From assembly GCF_009914755.1 (NCBI RefSeq), contig NC_060934.1: a DNA stretch of 64,000 bases, one strand, 5' to 3'. Below are positions 30,011-43,444 of this stretch, one piece after another. This DNA is from the human T2T-CHM13v2.0 reference genome, Homo sapiens. A program made the position numbers and the translations under genes. The notes under the pieces are model-generated. The model was given only the letters and a program-made list of their open reading frames with translations, did no database searches and had not been told where the DNA came from. The stretch's first letter is position 1. Every line of letters starts with the position of its first letter.

Positions 30011-31494
30011 ATGATGCCCCAAATGGACTGGACAGGTCCCACAAATAGGGTTTTAGATTTGATGAATCTCTCTTTACTAATTATTCACACACTTAAATAC
30101 TAAAAACATTTTATGTTGATAGAATCTCCATGGAAAATTCATCTCTGGACACATCTTCAGGCCCTGGGGAGCTTTCAAGGGAACATTTAACTTTTCAAGT
30201 AGGCAAGGAGGATGATACAACAGAAGTTTAATTCCTTTGAAAAATCTATGGGTAACGGATATTATTTGAATTACAATGAATGATCAAGAAATATTTCCTT
30301 CTGTCTATGTTTGTTTCTCCCCATTTTCATAGCATCTAAAATATTTGGTTAATACCATTTAAAAATATCTAATTTACCACAGAGGGTAAAAATCAACATA
30401 TTGTATATCCTGGAGTATCTTTACCGTAATTTCCAGTATAAAGTAAAAGGTTAGCCAAGTACTAAGCCATTTGCTATAAAATTTTTAAAGTCCTCTACAA
30501 CTGAAAAAATTGTTTCCATTTCCTTATGGAAAAAGAGCTTCAGAATGATCAGAATGACTTCTCCATGGAAATTAATATACAATAAAATCTATTTTTTCTC
30601 CTTTAAATGAAATTGCTTCCTAGTTTCCAATGGCTAGCTCCACAAAAAAATTACTTGCTCCAGTATAAAAATGAATATTATTGGGTAGCATCTGGAATTC
30701 TAGCAATTGAATTCAAGTATACCTCATCCTTAAGGTCTCAAGCTACATTGGATTATTATAAATAACACACTAGTAAAATATCCTGATGTTGGTTTTTTGA
30801 TTGTGTTTTTGTTCTTTGAAAACATTGAATTAGCCAAAATTGACTTTTCAATTTCGAAAGAAAAAGTGCTTAGAAAGTACTTTTTGTCCTCTTTTTTTTC
30901 CATTTTTTTTCTTTGTTTCTGGGAATCTAAACCAAACAAAACATGATAATTTCAGAAGAGATTAACTTGATTTTTTTCCTTCATCGGCAGCAGACTCTGA
31001 CTTACCCACCTTTCCCACTATTTCTTTGAGTAAGGATTTGAACAATTTAAGCCTTCACATTTGGAATTTTATCTCTTTTAATCTTTGTAAATATTATGAG
31101 TAAAAATCAGGAAATGCCTCACTGGTACCCTTGGTTTCTCAGACAACTCACTGATTTATGGTCTTGAGACCATAAACTCATTTTCCTTATATGAATGACA
31201 TTTCCACATCCACAACAATACCACCAAATATATGTATCTAGTTCTTACTAACTGCAAATCCTCAAAGTGAACTGCGTGCATTTTAATGTTGCGTAGTTTG
31301 CTGATTTATGATTTCCCTTAATGTACATAGTTCACATTTTTTGGAAGAATTCCACAAAAGAAGAAGAAAAGGAAATCTAATCTAAAAATACTATTTTGGA
31401 GGGGATAGCAGATTGAAAATGAGAATTTTGAAAGTTTCAATACCAGTGGGGAAAGCATTTGCTAGAGTTTAGAAGGACAGCATATGGTACTTAC

Positions 31495-31595
31495 AGGGGA
31501 CCGCCAGGGACCTCGAGAATCGGTATCCTGAGTCCTCTTGAAGAGCAGTAGAGGTTGTTTCATTAAGTGCAAACACATTGTTCTTAATTTGAAAA
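31495..31595 (-). ncRNA. Candidate 101-nt exon (or 3' part of a first exon) on the minus strand
   Basis: Acceptor gcttctgtttctgcccacag| and donor CCCCT|gtaagt; locally CpG-enriched unique sequence. Confidence 0.45.
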
Positions 31596-33513
31596 CTGTG
31601 GGCAGAAACAGAAGCCCGAGACTAATTTTTCCATTGCTAACTCTAGATTCTCGGCCACTGGAGTCTGAAGATACTCTCTTTGAGAATGCATATTATTTTG
31701 CTCACAGCTAAAACATTTAAGTATCATAGCTGATCAGTGGAGTGAGATTAAAAGGTTTCTTTTTTGAATCATCAGCTAGAGATGTACAAGGGAGACAGCA
31801 TGCAGGGTGTGTTCAGAAGAGCTTGCTGAGGTGCTCGGCTCTTAGCATTAAAAATGTGATGTTGGTATATCATCCTGATAGAAAACACTGCTTTCCAAAT
31901 CCTAGTCACTGGATGGGAGGAAAGTAAGAACAGATTCTGCCAACCACTACTGATTTGTTATAATTCTCCCCATTGAAATTGGGACAAAATTTGTAACATG
32001 CTACTCTGAAATTGATCACATTCTCAATTCTGTCAATAGCAGAGAATTTAGCCTCAACACCACCAATTCAAAATAGTTTAGGTCTTGCCCCTGCCTGATT
32101 ATGTAACAGAAAAGCATAAAGTTTGCAGGGTGGAGCGGGAGGATTTTTCTAGGAAACTTCCTTCTCTTCCATTAACGTGTGAATGAGTAAGGACAGTTAA
32201 TCTCTGCTTCTGATATAAATATTAGGGGTAGAGGCTGAGTAGAAGACCCTCTTTTTGTTTTCAGTAGCTCATTCTCATTCACCAATGATAAGGGAGACTT
32301 GGCTCTCAACTATAAGTGTACACATGTACATCTTTAGAGAGTAGAGATACATCTGCATATAAAAAAAAAATCTGCCGTAAGTGATAGAGTTGAAAATAAT
32401 GTCCTACATACCAGAATGTTCTTCTGAATTAGGCATCATGTAGGTATTCAGCATTCTTTCCATTTCCAAATTGCTCCCACTCCCTGTTTTTTCATCATCC
32501 CCTTTTTCCTCATTAGCTCATTGGAAATAAAGATTTTTATTTTATTTCATTTTTTTTTTCTGCAGAGAAGCACATATGTATGAGATTTAGGCAATGATTT
32601 CTCAAGGAAAAAATGTTTTAAAAGTACAGCATGGCTGGTGGTTTCAAAAAACGTAGTCATTCTTCTCACTGCAACAATGTAAGATAAGCAGGGTAGATCT
32701 GTTATTTCCAAATTAAAGGTGATTAAGATATATGGAGAGAGAACATGGCATGTGAGGTTTATAGGGCTAGAAACTGCAGAACCATGTAGAACCCACATTT
32801 AACTACAGTACAGCAATGGCACACTCTATCCTAATAATGACATCCTGTATAATTTAGTATGCTCTGTATCTCACTTTAAATGTAGCATTAAGGATGAAGC
32901 AGTAGAAAATGAACGCCGGGCCTTTTAATAATGAGGCTCAGGTTTGCTATCTTAATTTCAGGAATTAGGAATGGGAGGGATGCTAAGGAGACTGTTTAAA
33001 TTTTTAAAAAGTTCTCTCTATGCCTGATACAGATGCAAATTGCTTGCTCATTACATTCTTTCAGCCTTTTTAAACAAGTTTGCTAAAACAATCATTCTCT
33101 GGCATTAAGACAGCTTACCTGCCAAGCTTGACATTTCTATAACCAAATCAATATTTCAATAGTCTCCAACTATAAATCTGATGTTGATTTGAATTCTAGG
33201 GAGTAATGAATGATCCAATTAGAAAACAAACAAAAAAGTAAAAAAAAATATAATTAGAGTGTTTATTCTTCCTTGATGATAAGGAGCCCTTGACAAGACA
33301 GAATGCTGTTGCCAGCAAGCCTCCTTCTTTACGTGTAATCGATCTTGGAAGTTAAAGGTTTGTTTGCATTTTTAACATTGAGAGTTAAATATATTCCTTT
33401 GATTGAGCTGTTAAGTGGCAGCTCAACTACCCCGGAGTTTATTATTCCTTTGTGTCTGAAATGTGCAGGAATTTTCTGCTACCTGAGATACACTTACAGA
33501 TGAACATAGACAT

Positions 33514-33548
<35 letters not shown>

Positions 33549-33786
33549 CTCAATGCATTCTCTGCTATATAGGAGGACCCTTGAAAGGTCTGTTGAGTGA
33601 ATAGTAAATGTTGCTGCATTTCTTTTACTTTTACAGGTTTCCTTTGGGGAGTCTAGAATTTGATAAACAATCCGACCCATTGTGTTGATTGTGTACCTAA
33701 TATGATCAAAACTCTTTTCGAGACAAGCCAGATTGAGATTCCAACAGGTTTGGTCTATTAAGGACAAATGATTGGATAAACAGGTT

Positions 33787-33821
33787 TCTCTCTCTCTCTC
33801 TCTCCCTCTTTCTCTCTCTCT

Positions 33822-33861
<40 letters not shown>
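33787..33861. repeat. Compound (TC)n(CA)n microsatellite
   Basis: Seen directly. Confidence 0.95.
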
Positions 33862-33862
<1 letters not shown>

Positions 33863-33999
33863 TTATTTATTTAAAATTTATTTATAATGCTAAGAATAAA
33901 GTGATAAATGCTCAGGAGATGTCACAGTGCATTATTTACATTAATTCCTTCCTTGCTGGATGAACCAGCAATTCCCATGAAAGAGCTGAACCTAGAAGG

Positions 34000-35170
34000 C
34001 TCATGACAATGTGGTTGTGCTGAGAGAAAAATGCTGATTCACAAGTATGAGGAAGAGCAGAAGATAGGAATGGGTCCCCAGTGGGTCCTGCAATGATAAG
34101 ACCTAGCTTGCCTGGGACATTAGGGGAATGAGATGACATTATTCAAAGACATTATGGATGCTAGGGTAAAGAGTTTTATTACATACGCAGTGGGATATCA
34201 CTGAAGGTTTTGAGCAAGGGCTCAGAATTTAAATTTTGAAAATTTGCAACATGTTGTGACCAACTGGAGCTAAGGGATGATTGAAATAAGAGAAATGGTT
34301 GACACACGTGGAAAAACCAGGGTCACAGCGTTGAAAGGTCTGGACTGGGGAAGCTGCAGTAAATGTGCAAAAGAGACAGGTGCAGAAAATAAATTGGGTC
34401 TAGAATTAAAATGACTCCCATTTACCTGACAAACATACTTCATTTTTAACATAATTCTAAGGATGCTACAAGGAGCTAAGGACATTTGTACAAAGGACAT
34501 TATATTTGTAAATATATAATAGTAGTATTTTCTCATGGGGCTCCAAAGTTGTATATTTCATTTATCTTTGAACTAGTAAGATAAACAATGGTGCAGGTTA
34601 AAAGACATTGTAGCATCAGAGATATGTCTGAGGTTTCAAACCTGGATGGGGAAGATGATTAAAAACCCAGGCTTTGGAGTCAGAACCACTTTAGGTTGAA
34701 GTTCCAGCTCCATTTCTCATTTCCAAGTTGCTTTGGATCAGCTTCTTACCCATCCTTAAGTCTGTTTCCATTTCTGTAAAGCAACCACCATAACGTGTCT
34801 TTTGCTGTTTGTTGTAAGAATTAAATGAGGCAATGAATGTAAAGTGCTTATAATAAATAGTAGCTGGTTAATGAGGAATTACTACTATGATTTGGTTTTA
34901 AAAAGTAAAATTGGTGGCAGAATTTGGAGGGCATATGATGAGTTCAGAGTGATACATATCCAGTAAGTATTTAGAAATGTACGACCAAGGAGAGCAAAAG
35001 TCCCAAATGGGAACTGCTAAGTCTAGAGATGGTAGTTGAATCCAGAAACACGGATGATAGAGCCTTCCAAGGGGGCATATATAGAGATGACAGCTGGGGA
35101 CAGATCCTTGAGAAATACCTGAATTTAAGCAGTAAGAAGAAAAGCCAGAAAAAGCACACAGGAACTTTTA
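34000..35170 (-). mobile_element. Degraded L2 fragments with a sense MIR at about 34655-34890
   Basis: cagtgggatatcactgaaggttttgagcaagg (L2); caggctttggagtcaga..gtaagaattaaatgag (MIR). Confidence 0.6.
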
Positions 35171-36839
35171 AACATAAGAGACACATCTTTTAAATTTTCT
35201 TATTTAATTAAATTAGTATCATTTGCTCTATTTATGAAAAAAATACAAATTTGAATTTCATGAACTTCATATTTGGTTTAATATCATCATGATTATAAAT
35301 GGCTTCCTTAAGACACTTTTGGGATATGAACTCTGTACATTTTCCGAAGCTCAGAAATTTCTGCTCTATAATGACTGCTTTTTGGCACTATGTAATTGAC
35401 TAGCTCACTTGAGCTTTGTTAGATAAATGTTAACTTCACAAATTTAGAAATTCAGCAAAATGCCTATCAGGAACATGATTGCAGTGTGTGACACATGCTA
35501 AAATGTCATTTTGTTAACATTTAAATCTATGAACAATTATTAGTAAAGATGTGATGTATAACTAGCAAAGAAAAGTGACCTGATGATCCAACAATTCATT
35601 CATTTTCCCACTATGACAGGTGAATAAAGTCCATGACAAATCTTATATGATAAATTTGAACCCTATGAGGCAGCAAAGATTTTAAGCCCTCCAAATGAAA
35701 ATTTCAATAAACATGTTCCAGAAAGCAAGCTGGGTTTCAATAAATCTCAGTACATATCCAGAGCATGTATTTTAATAACTCAAAGTATTCAAATTTTAGG
35801 GTTGCAATTAATTTCAGATTTTTAAATGGTAAAATTGTTTTCTTCATTGTTTCCAAACAAGAACTCCAGAATCTATAGTGTTTTGGGCAATAAAGGCAGC
35901 AGGTAGTTATTATACTTTATGAGTTTATTAAAGTTAGAAACTCCATACATCACCACACCCAATTTCCTCTTTCTCAAATATGGTCATTTATAAGAGCAAA
36001 ACAAGAGACATAGAGAAAATTGTAAACTAACATGACAGAACAGCATCTCCTGGTACACAAAGCAGGTTACTTTTTTCCCCGTGGGGTTGCAGTATAGTTA
36101 CTTATATTAGAAATAGGCTTGTTTTTGAGCCAGAGCTTCCGAGTTAAAATCATTTTAAGAAAACAACACCATGACTTCATTTAAGTAAGTGCTATGATAC
36201 AAGAAATGTGTTACATGACGAGGAGATAAGATTTTATCCTCTGTTATTTCCAACATTCATGAGCTTCTCATTACTTTTAAAGAGATTTAAAGAAATATGA
36301 TATTAGAAACTGCTAGATTATTTCTAAGTTTCTGCAGCAAACTTTTGTTTAAATATTACTATTTTTTCTACACAGTGAGATAAAATGAGGACTAAAAGTA
36401 GTTTGCCCAAAGGACTTCTCAAAGGAAAGATGAGGTAAATCAAACATATTTCTTGCTCCTGACATTTTTTGAATTGTTGAAGTAATTCAAAACTTGATCT
36501 CTTTTTATGGTCAAGAAGTTAATTTAAAGGCATCCTCTTAGAAATAATTACTTTAAAAACATATAATTGAACAGATAGCATCCACTTATTCAGGTATAAT
36601 TATTATTAAAGATATTGAAGAGAACTGACTGTTTCTGTTTCCACCAATCTTATATGAACAAAGGATAAAACTATTGGTTAAAATGATGCTGTGGAATTGT
36701 CCATGAATATTGTTTCTTTCTCAGTGCCAGGGCTGACTGCTTAATAATTAAGTAATAAAAACATTCATTTTACATAATATTGTCCAAAAGACTTGGTCCT
36801 GAAAACTGTGAAACCAGCTAGAAAATGGAACAGATATTG

Positions 36840-37040
36840 AAATAATGAGGTCAGTACACAATATGGTAATTTGGTTGTTTTAGTGATATTTGGAATCATA
36901 CGGATTTTGATTCACATTTCAAACCTGTCCCTTCCTCATAGCCATTTGGCCCTTGTCTTCTAGATTGATCTATAGGGAATTGTGAGGATTAAATGATGTC
37001 TGTGGCATCCAACACAGTGTGTACATTTAAGAGCACTCTC
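36840..37040 (+). mobile_element. MIR fragment
   Basis: tagggaattgtgaggattaaatga. Confidence 0.55.
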
Positions 37041-37749
37041 TTGATTTCATAATCTCTTTCTTCCTTTATTTAGGATTTTGCTTTGTGGAGTAATGGTCAA
37101 GGACAACTTTACTTGGTTTTATGTCTACAAAACAGTCATGTGTGAAGTAAAGAGTATGTTATTGACTCAAGAGTCATCATAATTGAACCACGAAGTAGAT
37201 TTTCTATGGTTAAAAACACTGGTTTTAAAAATATGGAAAGTCATAAATGAGTCATGGCAATCTTGTGACAAAAGCACAGATTATACAGAAATGTATGATT
37301 CATCTGTGTTTTCCTTAAACTTTTACCTGGTGAGAGAGAAGGTTTATTGATTTGCACATCTCCTTCTAGGATTATTAGAGCATATACTTGAACGGTGAAA
37401 TTTACATTCAAAATAGAGAAGAATAACTGCCACAAAATCCTTCATTTTAAATTGAGGGGCAAAATCTATTACAGATTTTCTGTCTTATACAATTTCTATA
37501 ATAAGAATGGATTTTATGATCTGGAAAGAAGTTCAATAAAAATAATAAAAGCTGTAGACCATTAAATATAAGAAATATGAATATATATGAAATTTAGAAA
37601 AAAAATGGTGTCCCTCTCATTTCCAAATTATGTCCCTTCAATACACACAAGAATAAATGGATTCCATTTAGGGAGAACAATAATGGATTTTTCTTAAAAA
37701 TTATAAAACTGGTGAAAATTTTGTGGGTTTTTTGTGTGTTTTTTCCTCT

Positions 37750-38100
37750 GTTTTATGAAATGTTACAATAAATAACCTTGCATATGAATCCCCTCTCAAT
37801 TGTGTGAATGTATTTATAAGACATATGCCTAGAAGTGTGATTGCTCAGCAATCTTAGTATGTAATATCTAAAATTTTAGATATTAAAAGAAAACGGCTAA
37901 TTTCTCTTTAAAGTTACACTAATTTATGTTGCCACCAAGGGCATATGAGTGTAAACATTTCACCACATCCTTACCAGCACCAGACAGTATCAACCGTTTC
38001 AATCTTTCCCAATGTGATAAGTAAAATGGCTTTCTATTGCTTTAATTTGCATTTATTTTATGATGAGTTAGGTTTAACCTTTTCTAATATTATTAATCCT
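37750..38100 (-). mobile_element. Old L1 (L1ME-like) fragment
   Basis: cctagaagtgtgattgct, ccacatccttaccagcac, ttgctttaatttgcattt. Confidence 0.65.
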
Positions 38101-38149
38101 TCCTGTAAATTTTTCTCTGAATTTTATCCTCAGGACATTTGGCATTGTT

Positions 38150-38700
38150 CACGATCTCATTTACTTTTCATACTCATCCTATAATATGATATGGGTATAT
38201 TATTATGCACATTTTACAAAAAGAAACCTTGGTCGCATGATACTAAGTATAACGCCCTATATTATCTAACTGATAAATGGCACAGGCAAAGTTTGAACAA
38301 GAGCCTGCTTAATGCCAGGATCACTGCCTAAGCTACAGGGCCACATTGCATTTGTCTCCGGCCTATAAAGAGAATTATGTGTGTTTTTTTAAATTTTTTA
38401 TTATGCTGTACTATTTCAATACTTCAGACATTTAGTCAAAAAGTATAAGCACCTGTTATGTGCCCAGCACTGTGGCAGATTCTGTATTCACAGCAACAAT
38501 CAAAAATTTATAATTAATAAATAAGAACATTAATCAAAACATACTTCCTTTCAGTAAGCTTACTATGTAGAGACATTAAAAATAATTTTACAAATTACAA
38601 ATTACAAATTAGTATCGCAGCAAGTACCACAAAGGAGAATTGTGGGATGCTGTGTGTGGGACTAATGGGTTGACTGGCATTATATTTAGGGAACTTTGCA
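38150..38700 (-). mobile_element. MIR followed by L2 fragments
   Basis: cattttacaaaaagaaacc (MIR); aagcacctgttatgtgcccagcactgtg (L2 3' end). Confidence 0.55.
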
Positions 38701-39294
38701 TAAACATAATCAAGATGCATAATTTGTAAAAAGTACCATGAGAGATAAAAGACAGATAATAAAGAAATGCTATGAAAAAATATGTTAAAATTTATTTTTA
38801 TCTTAACAGAAATACCTTTATCCAAAATTTTAACTTGGTTTTCAAAAAAAAAATCTTCTAAAATATGCAAACTTACTGACCATTTCATTTCTTTATCTAA
38901 ACCTTTACTCCTCTAATAAGCAGTAAAGAGTCAGTAAGAGGACTGAGATTAGCATAAAATGGAGAGAGGTTAATACGTATATTTTGAGAGACTCAGGAAG
39001 GTGATAGATGAAGAGGTTGTTATAAGAGAAATTAACCATGAATAGAAAAAGGAAATCACACTCCTTTACTCACTCCTCCTTGTAATCAACAACCAACATT
39101 TACCTACATTGTTTTAAAGGAACTAACTGCCATGATAGTATAGTGCCTTAACTGATTGAGTTAACCAGAAAATAGAACACAGTCAGCTTTATAACCCTGA
39201 ACAGTTCGGCATATATTGAATACAGTTCTATGCACCACAAGAAAAAGGAAATGATTTTACTATCATAGAACACTGTGGAAAGAGATTTGTGCTA

Positions 39295-39378
39295 TATTGG
39301 TTTGAGCCACATGAACTTGTCACTATTTCACCATTTTAACTTACAAAACAATGCAATTTTATAGGCTTATGTATGTAT
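39295..39378. mobile_element. MADE2-like mariner MITE (~80 bp)
   Basis: tattggtttgagccacatgaacttgtc..ccattttaacttacaaaacaatgcaatttt resembles the MADE2 consensus. Confidence 0.6.
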
Positions 39379-39570
39379 CTAACACACATACAACAAACTG
39401 TGTTTGTTCCTAAGTGTTTTCTTACAGATATGTGAATGAGAATGCCTATAGGTGATGTGATACTTTCTCATATACCTTTCTCTGTCATTGACTCATGTGA
39501 AGAGAGTAAGAGAGAGATTTAAGAAAAAAAAAAAGAGATTCTGGAAAGAGATAAAAATACAAATACTTTA

Positions 39571-39950
39571 GGCGAGGCGCGGTGGCTCATGCCTGTGGTT
39601 CCAGCACTTTGGGAGGTCGAGGTGGGTGGATCGCCTGAGGTCAGGAGTTTGAGACCAGCCTGGCCAACATGGTGAAACCCCGTTTCTACTAAAAATACAA
39701 AAATTAGCTGGGCATGGTGGTATGCACCTGTAATCCCAGCTACTCAGGAGGCTGAGGCAGGAGAATTGCTTGAACCTGGGAGGCAGAGGGTGCAGTGAGC
39801 CTGGGGGACAAAAGCGAAACTCTGTCAACAGAAAGAAAGAAAGAGGAAAGAGAGAAAGAAACAAAGAAAGAGAGAAAGACATGAAAGAAAGAAAGAGAAA
39901 GGAGGAAAGAAGGAAAGAACGAAAGAAGGAAAGAAGGAAAGCGAAAGAAA
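39571..39950 (+). mobile_element. Alu (AluS) with ~25-nt internal deletion and expanded GAAA/GGAA tail
   Basis: gtgagcc|tggg junction lacks gagatcgcgccactgcactccagcc; purine tail 39828-39950. Confidence 0.95.
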
Positions 39951-40569
39951 TATCTTGGAAGTTTTGAGTTCACTGGGATTTATGCATTTAAATATGCATC
40001 AAATTTGATCATATCAAACTTCTTTTAAAGGGCATTTTGGTATACTTATTTTTGAGTAAATAAATGGTTCAATTATAAATTCACAGATAATTTTGCTTTA
40101 TTAACAATTATTTTTATTACTTTATTATAAAATTTATTATAGAACTCACTTGCCTGGATGGTTCATATTTTTAAAAAAATTTTGAGTCTCAATAACTAAA
40201 TTTATTGCTCTTATGAAATCTGGCCAAGGAATACCCAATAATGGGACAAAAATGTCTGAGGATGGGGTAAGAATGGTGGTATCGGAGAGACTATTTTTTC
40301 CCCCAGGGTCTTTGATAAAAGCATCATTAATAACTTTATTCACCAATGTTCCATTCTGGCACCATAACAGCAAGACACATCTTCTAAATCTAGGAGAAGT
40401 TTTAGCCATATCAAAATTAAAACAAAATACATGCAAAATATTTTTCACCTCTTAAAATTCTACCTCTACATGAGTTACCACGTTTCATACCTGATGACAT
40501 TTATGAAGTATGAAGTTATGGATACCTGGTAACAAAAACACTTTACTTTGGAAGAAGGAAATGTGATGT

Positions 40570-40770
40570 GGGGGAAAGACAGATTTAGAATTTCGTTAGA
40601 TCTCAGTATTAATTTTGGCTCTGCCTCTCATTGACTGTTACCTTTACATAAGACATGAACTTCATGAATGTATTTAAACCCTCTGAACTTTAGTGGGAAT
40701 ATTACCTCCCTCACCAGATTGTTCTGATAATTAAACCAGATAAAGTGTGTGAAGTGCTTAGCAATGAATA
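40570..40770 (+). mobile_element. MIR fragment
   Basis: ggctctgcctctca..gattgttctgataattaaac..gtgaagtgcttagca. Confidence 0.55.
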
Positions 40771-42183
40771 ATCTGCATTTGATATTTGATTACCTCTTGC
40801 ATTTTTTTGCCCCATCAATTACCATTTATTTCGTATTCTTCCTAACAGATTTTTTTAAAGTACATGGGGAGTAGATTTACACAACCTTTATTCCCAGGTA
40901 AGAATTAGCTACCTATAGTTCTTAGAAATAAATATATTTTGTGACTTAACAGTACATGGATATCATTTTTTGCTCTTAGTATGTAACCATCTTGGACAAA
41001 ATCCTATCCCTCATCCATGGCAGTCAGACCTTATCTTTATGCATCCATCTATAAAACAGCTACAGGATCAAACCCTCATTTTGTATTTCCTTGCAGTATA
41101 ATACACACAAGACTTTCTCAATGAAATGGGGCTGAGAGACACTGAAAGGCACTTCTTAATAAGTGCCAATCTCCTTTTTTTTTTAAAGCAGTTTTTCAAA
41201 ATGATGAAAGATACCAAGATCTCTTAGTAAGAGACCATAATGACTCATTTACAAGGAACTATATAGTTCCAAGAGTCATGGGAATATGGAAAAAACATGC
41301 ATGTTTTATTTTCCAATTCATCACTGACAATTTCATGTCATCCTTATTTCAACAGTACTACTGCATTACTGTAAAATTACAAATTATAAAAGGAGAGAGA
41401 TGGACATAGAGTCAATGAATGCATAGAGGGGTGATTAATGGCTAAAATGAACTGAACTCAGAAGATAGAGGTTCTAACTCTATTTCTTCTACAAATCATT
41501 TTGCATTTTTTGGTTTGGTAAAGGGATTCAAAATTCTTCCACATGCTATGCAAAATGTATTTTCAACTAATGTCAGCAAATTAAGAGAATAGATTTGTTT
41601 ACTTTATAGAAAGAAAACAGAGAAGACCAATCAACACAAGTAGTTTATGAAATATTTAAGAATTGAATGAAAGTCTTCTTCTCATAGTTCATTTTATTTC
41701 TACAAAACCAACCTGCCCTCCTAGAAATAACTGCTACATGAGACTAATTATATTTACCTTTACAGAATTTGTGAATGGCAGACATTAACGCCATGCATTA
41801 TTTTATTTTACAGATTGCAGGAGAGTGAGAAGCAAAAAATAGTGCCCAGAATTGGTGGAATTAGAACCAAAAGTAGGTAATGACATTATAAGATGAAGGT
41901 GTGAACAAAGAAATCCTTAGTAACCAAATCAAAGATTTATCAGTGTTTTCTTAACCAGATGTAACAATTAAAATAGTATATGCTTTTTGGGGGTAAACTG
42001 CTGGTCTTTTAGTATGTCCATTGATCTTTCTAAGATTTAGTACAACATCTAAAAATAAAAGAAATTTAGCTAAATAATTAGTTTACTTTCATCTCTACAA
42101 TTGTAACTATAAATATCAAAATTATATTTTTATTATTAACAAAATTAAGCACATCAGTTAATTTGTTGAGCAATGGCAATTGA

Positions 42184-42393
<210 letters not shown>

Positions 42394-42824
42394 TGAAATA
42401 GACAAAAGTATTATTAAAATGTTTATTAAATCTGTGAATCTACCATTTAGCTTTAAAATTCTTAACTATCGTATTTCATTCAAAATACAAAAGAATTGAA
42501 GATGATACAGTTGAAACCCCTGAGTAACACCCCTGAAGCCTCCCTGAGGTTAGTTACTGTTGGGTAACATGTATAAATGTTATCACATGTGTTCTTATCT
42601 GCTATATCTATATTACACAGAAGGTATCAGTCTTTTATAGTTTAAGAATTTATATAAGTAGTACATCACTTTATATTTAAAGTCATATTTTGGGACTATT
42701 TCTTCATTTGCATAGTAGCTCTAATTTATTCTTTTTAATGACTCTAAGGTATTTTACTGTATAAAATATGAGTCTATTTATCAATTATCCCAGTAATGGA
42801 CAAGGGCATAAAATCTTAATGAAT

Positions 42825-42975
42825 TTACTCACCAAACAAAGAAAAAGGGCCTGATCTGTAATACTGGCCAAGTATTATACCACAACTGATTTCAATACAA
42901 CAATGGTTTAACGACTGGTTCACCAGATCTGGAATATTCATCAGTTTGTTTTTTCACATGAGCCATCACACTATG
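42825..42975 (-). mobile_element. MER63A-like (hAT-Blackjack) relic, copy A
   Basis: Reverse complement reads gaatattcc..gaaccagtcgttaaaccattg..ttgaaatcag..tacagatcaggcc. Confidence 0.6.
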
Positions 42976-43164
42976 ATTTTCCCATAGAAAGATATATAGT
43001 AAGATAAGTAAGTTTCTCTCTCTCTCTCCCTCTTCCCAACTCCCTTTTCTTCTTCTTTTGACAAATACAGAACATATATTCACACTTTATGAAAACATTT
43101 TCTAAAGCAAATTCTGACTTTCTAAATAGAATGCTATTCAATAGTGAAAAAGTCGAATTAAACA

Positions 43165-43432
43165 TTTTTATGGAATATATTTTTGATGTCATATCAACAA
43201 AAACTTTTCCTAATACAAGGTCATGCAGATTTTCTCCCATGTAGTCCTTCAGAAATTTTATAGTTTCAGACTTTATATTTAGGTCAATGATCTATTTTAA
43301 ATTAATTTTTGTACATGGTTTGAGAAGTGGATTGAAGTCCAGTTGTTTTGCATACAGATATCCAATTACTCCAACACCATTTGTTGAAAATGTTATCCTT
43401 TGTCCGCTGAATTATGTTTGTACATTTGTTAA
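43165..43432 (-). mobile_element. L1 ORF2 fragment (antisense)
   Basis: ttaatttttgtacatgg..gatatccaattactccaacaccatttgttgaaaa. Confidence 0.85.
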
Positions 43433-43444
43433 AGAGCCCTTGTT

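Noticed and set aside
33517-33545. Orphan A29 tract as a possible processed pseudogene tail
   Set aside because: No upstream Alu, L1 or mRNA-like body and no clear target-site duplication
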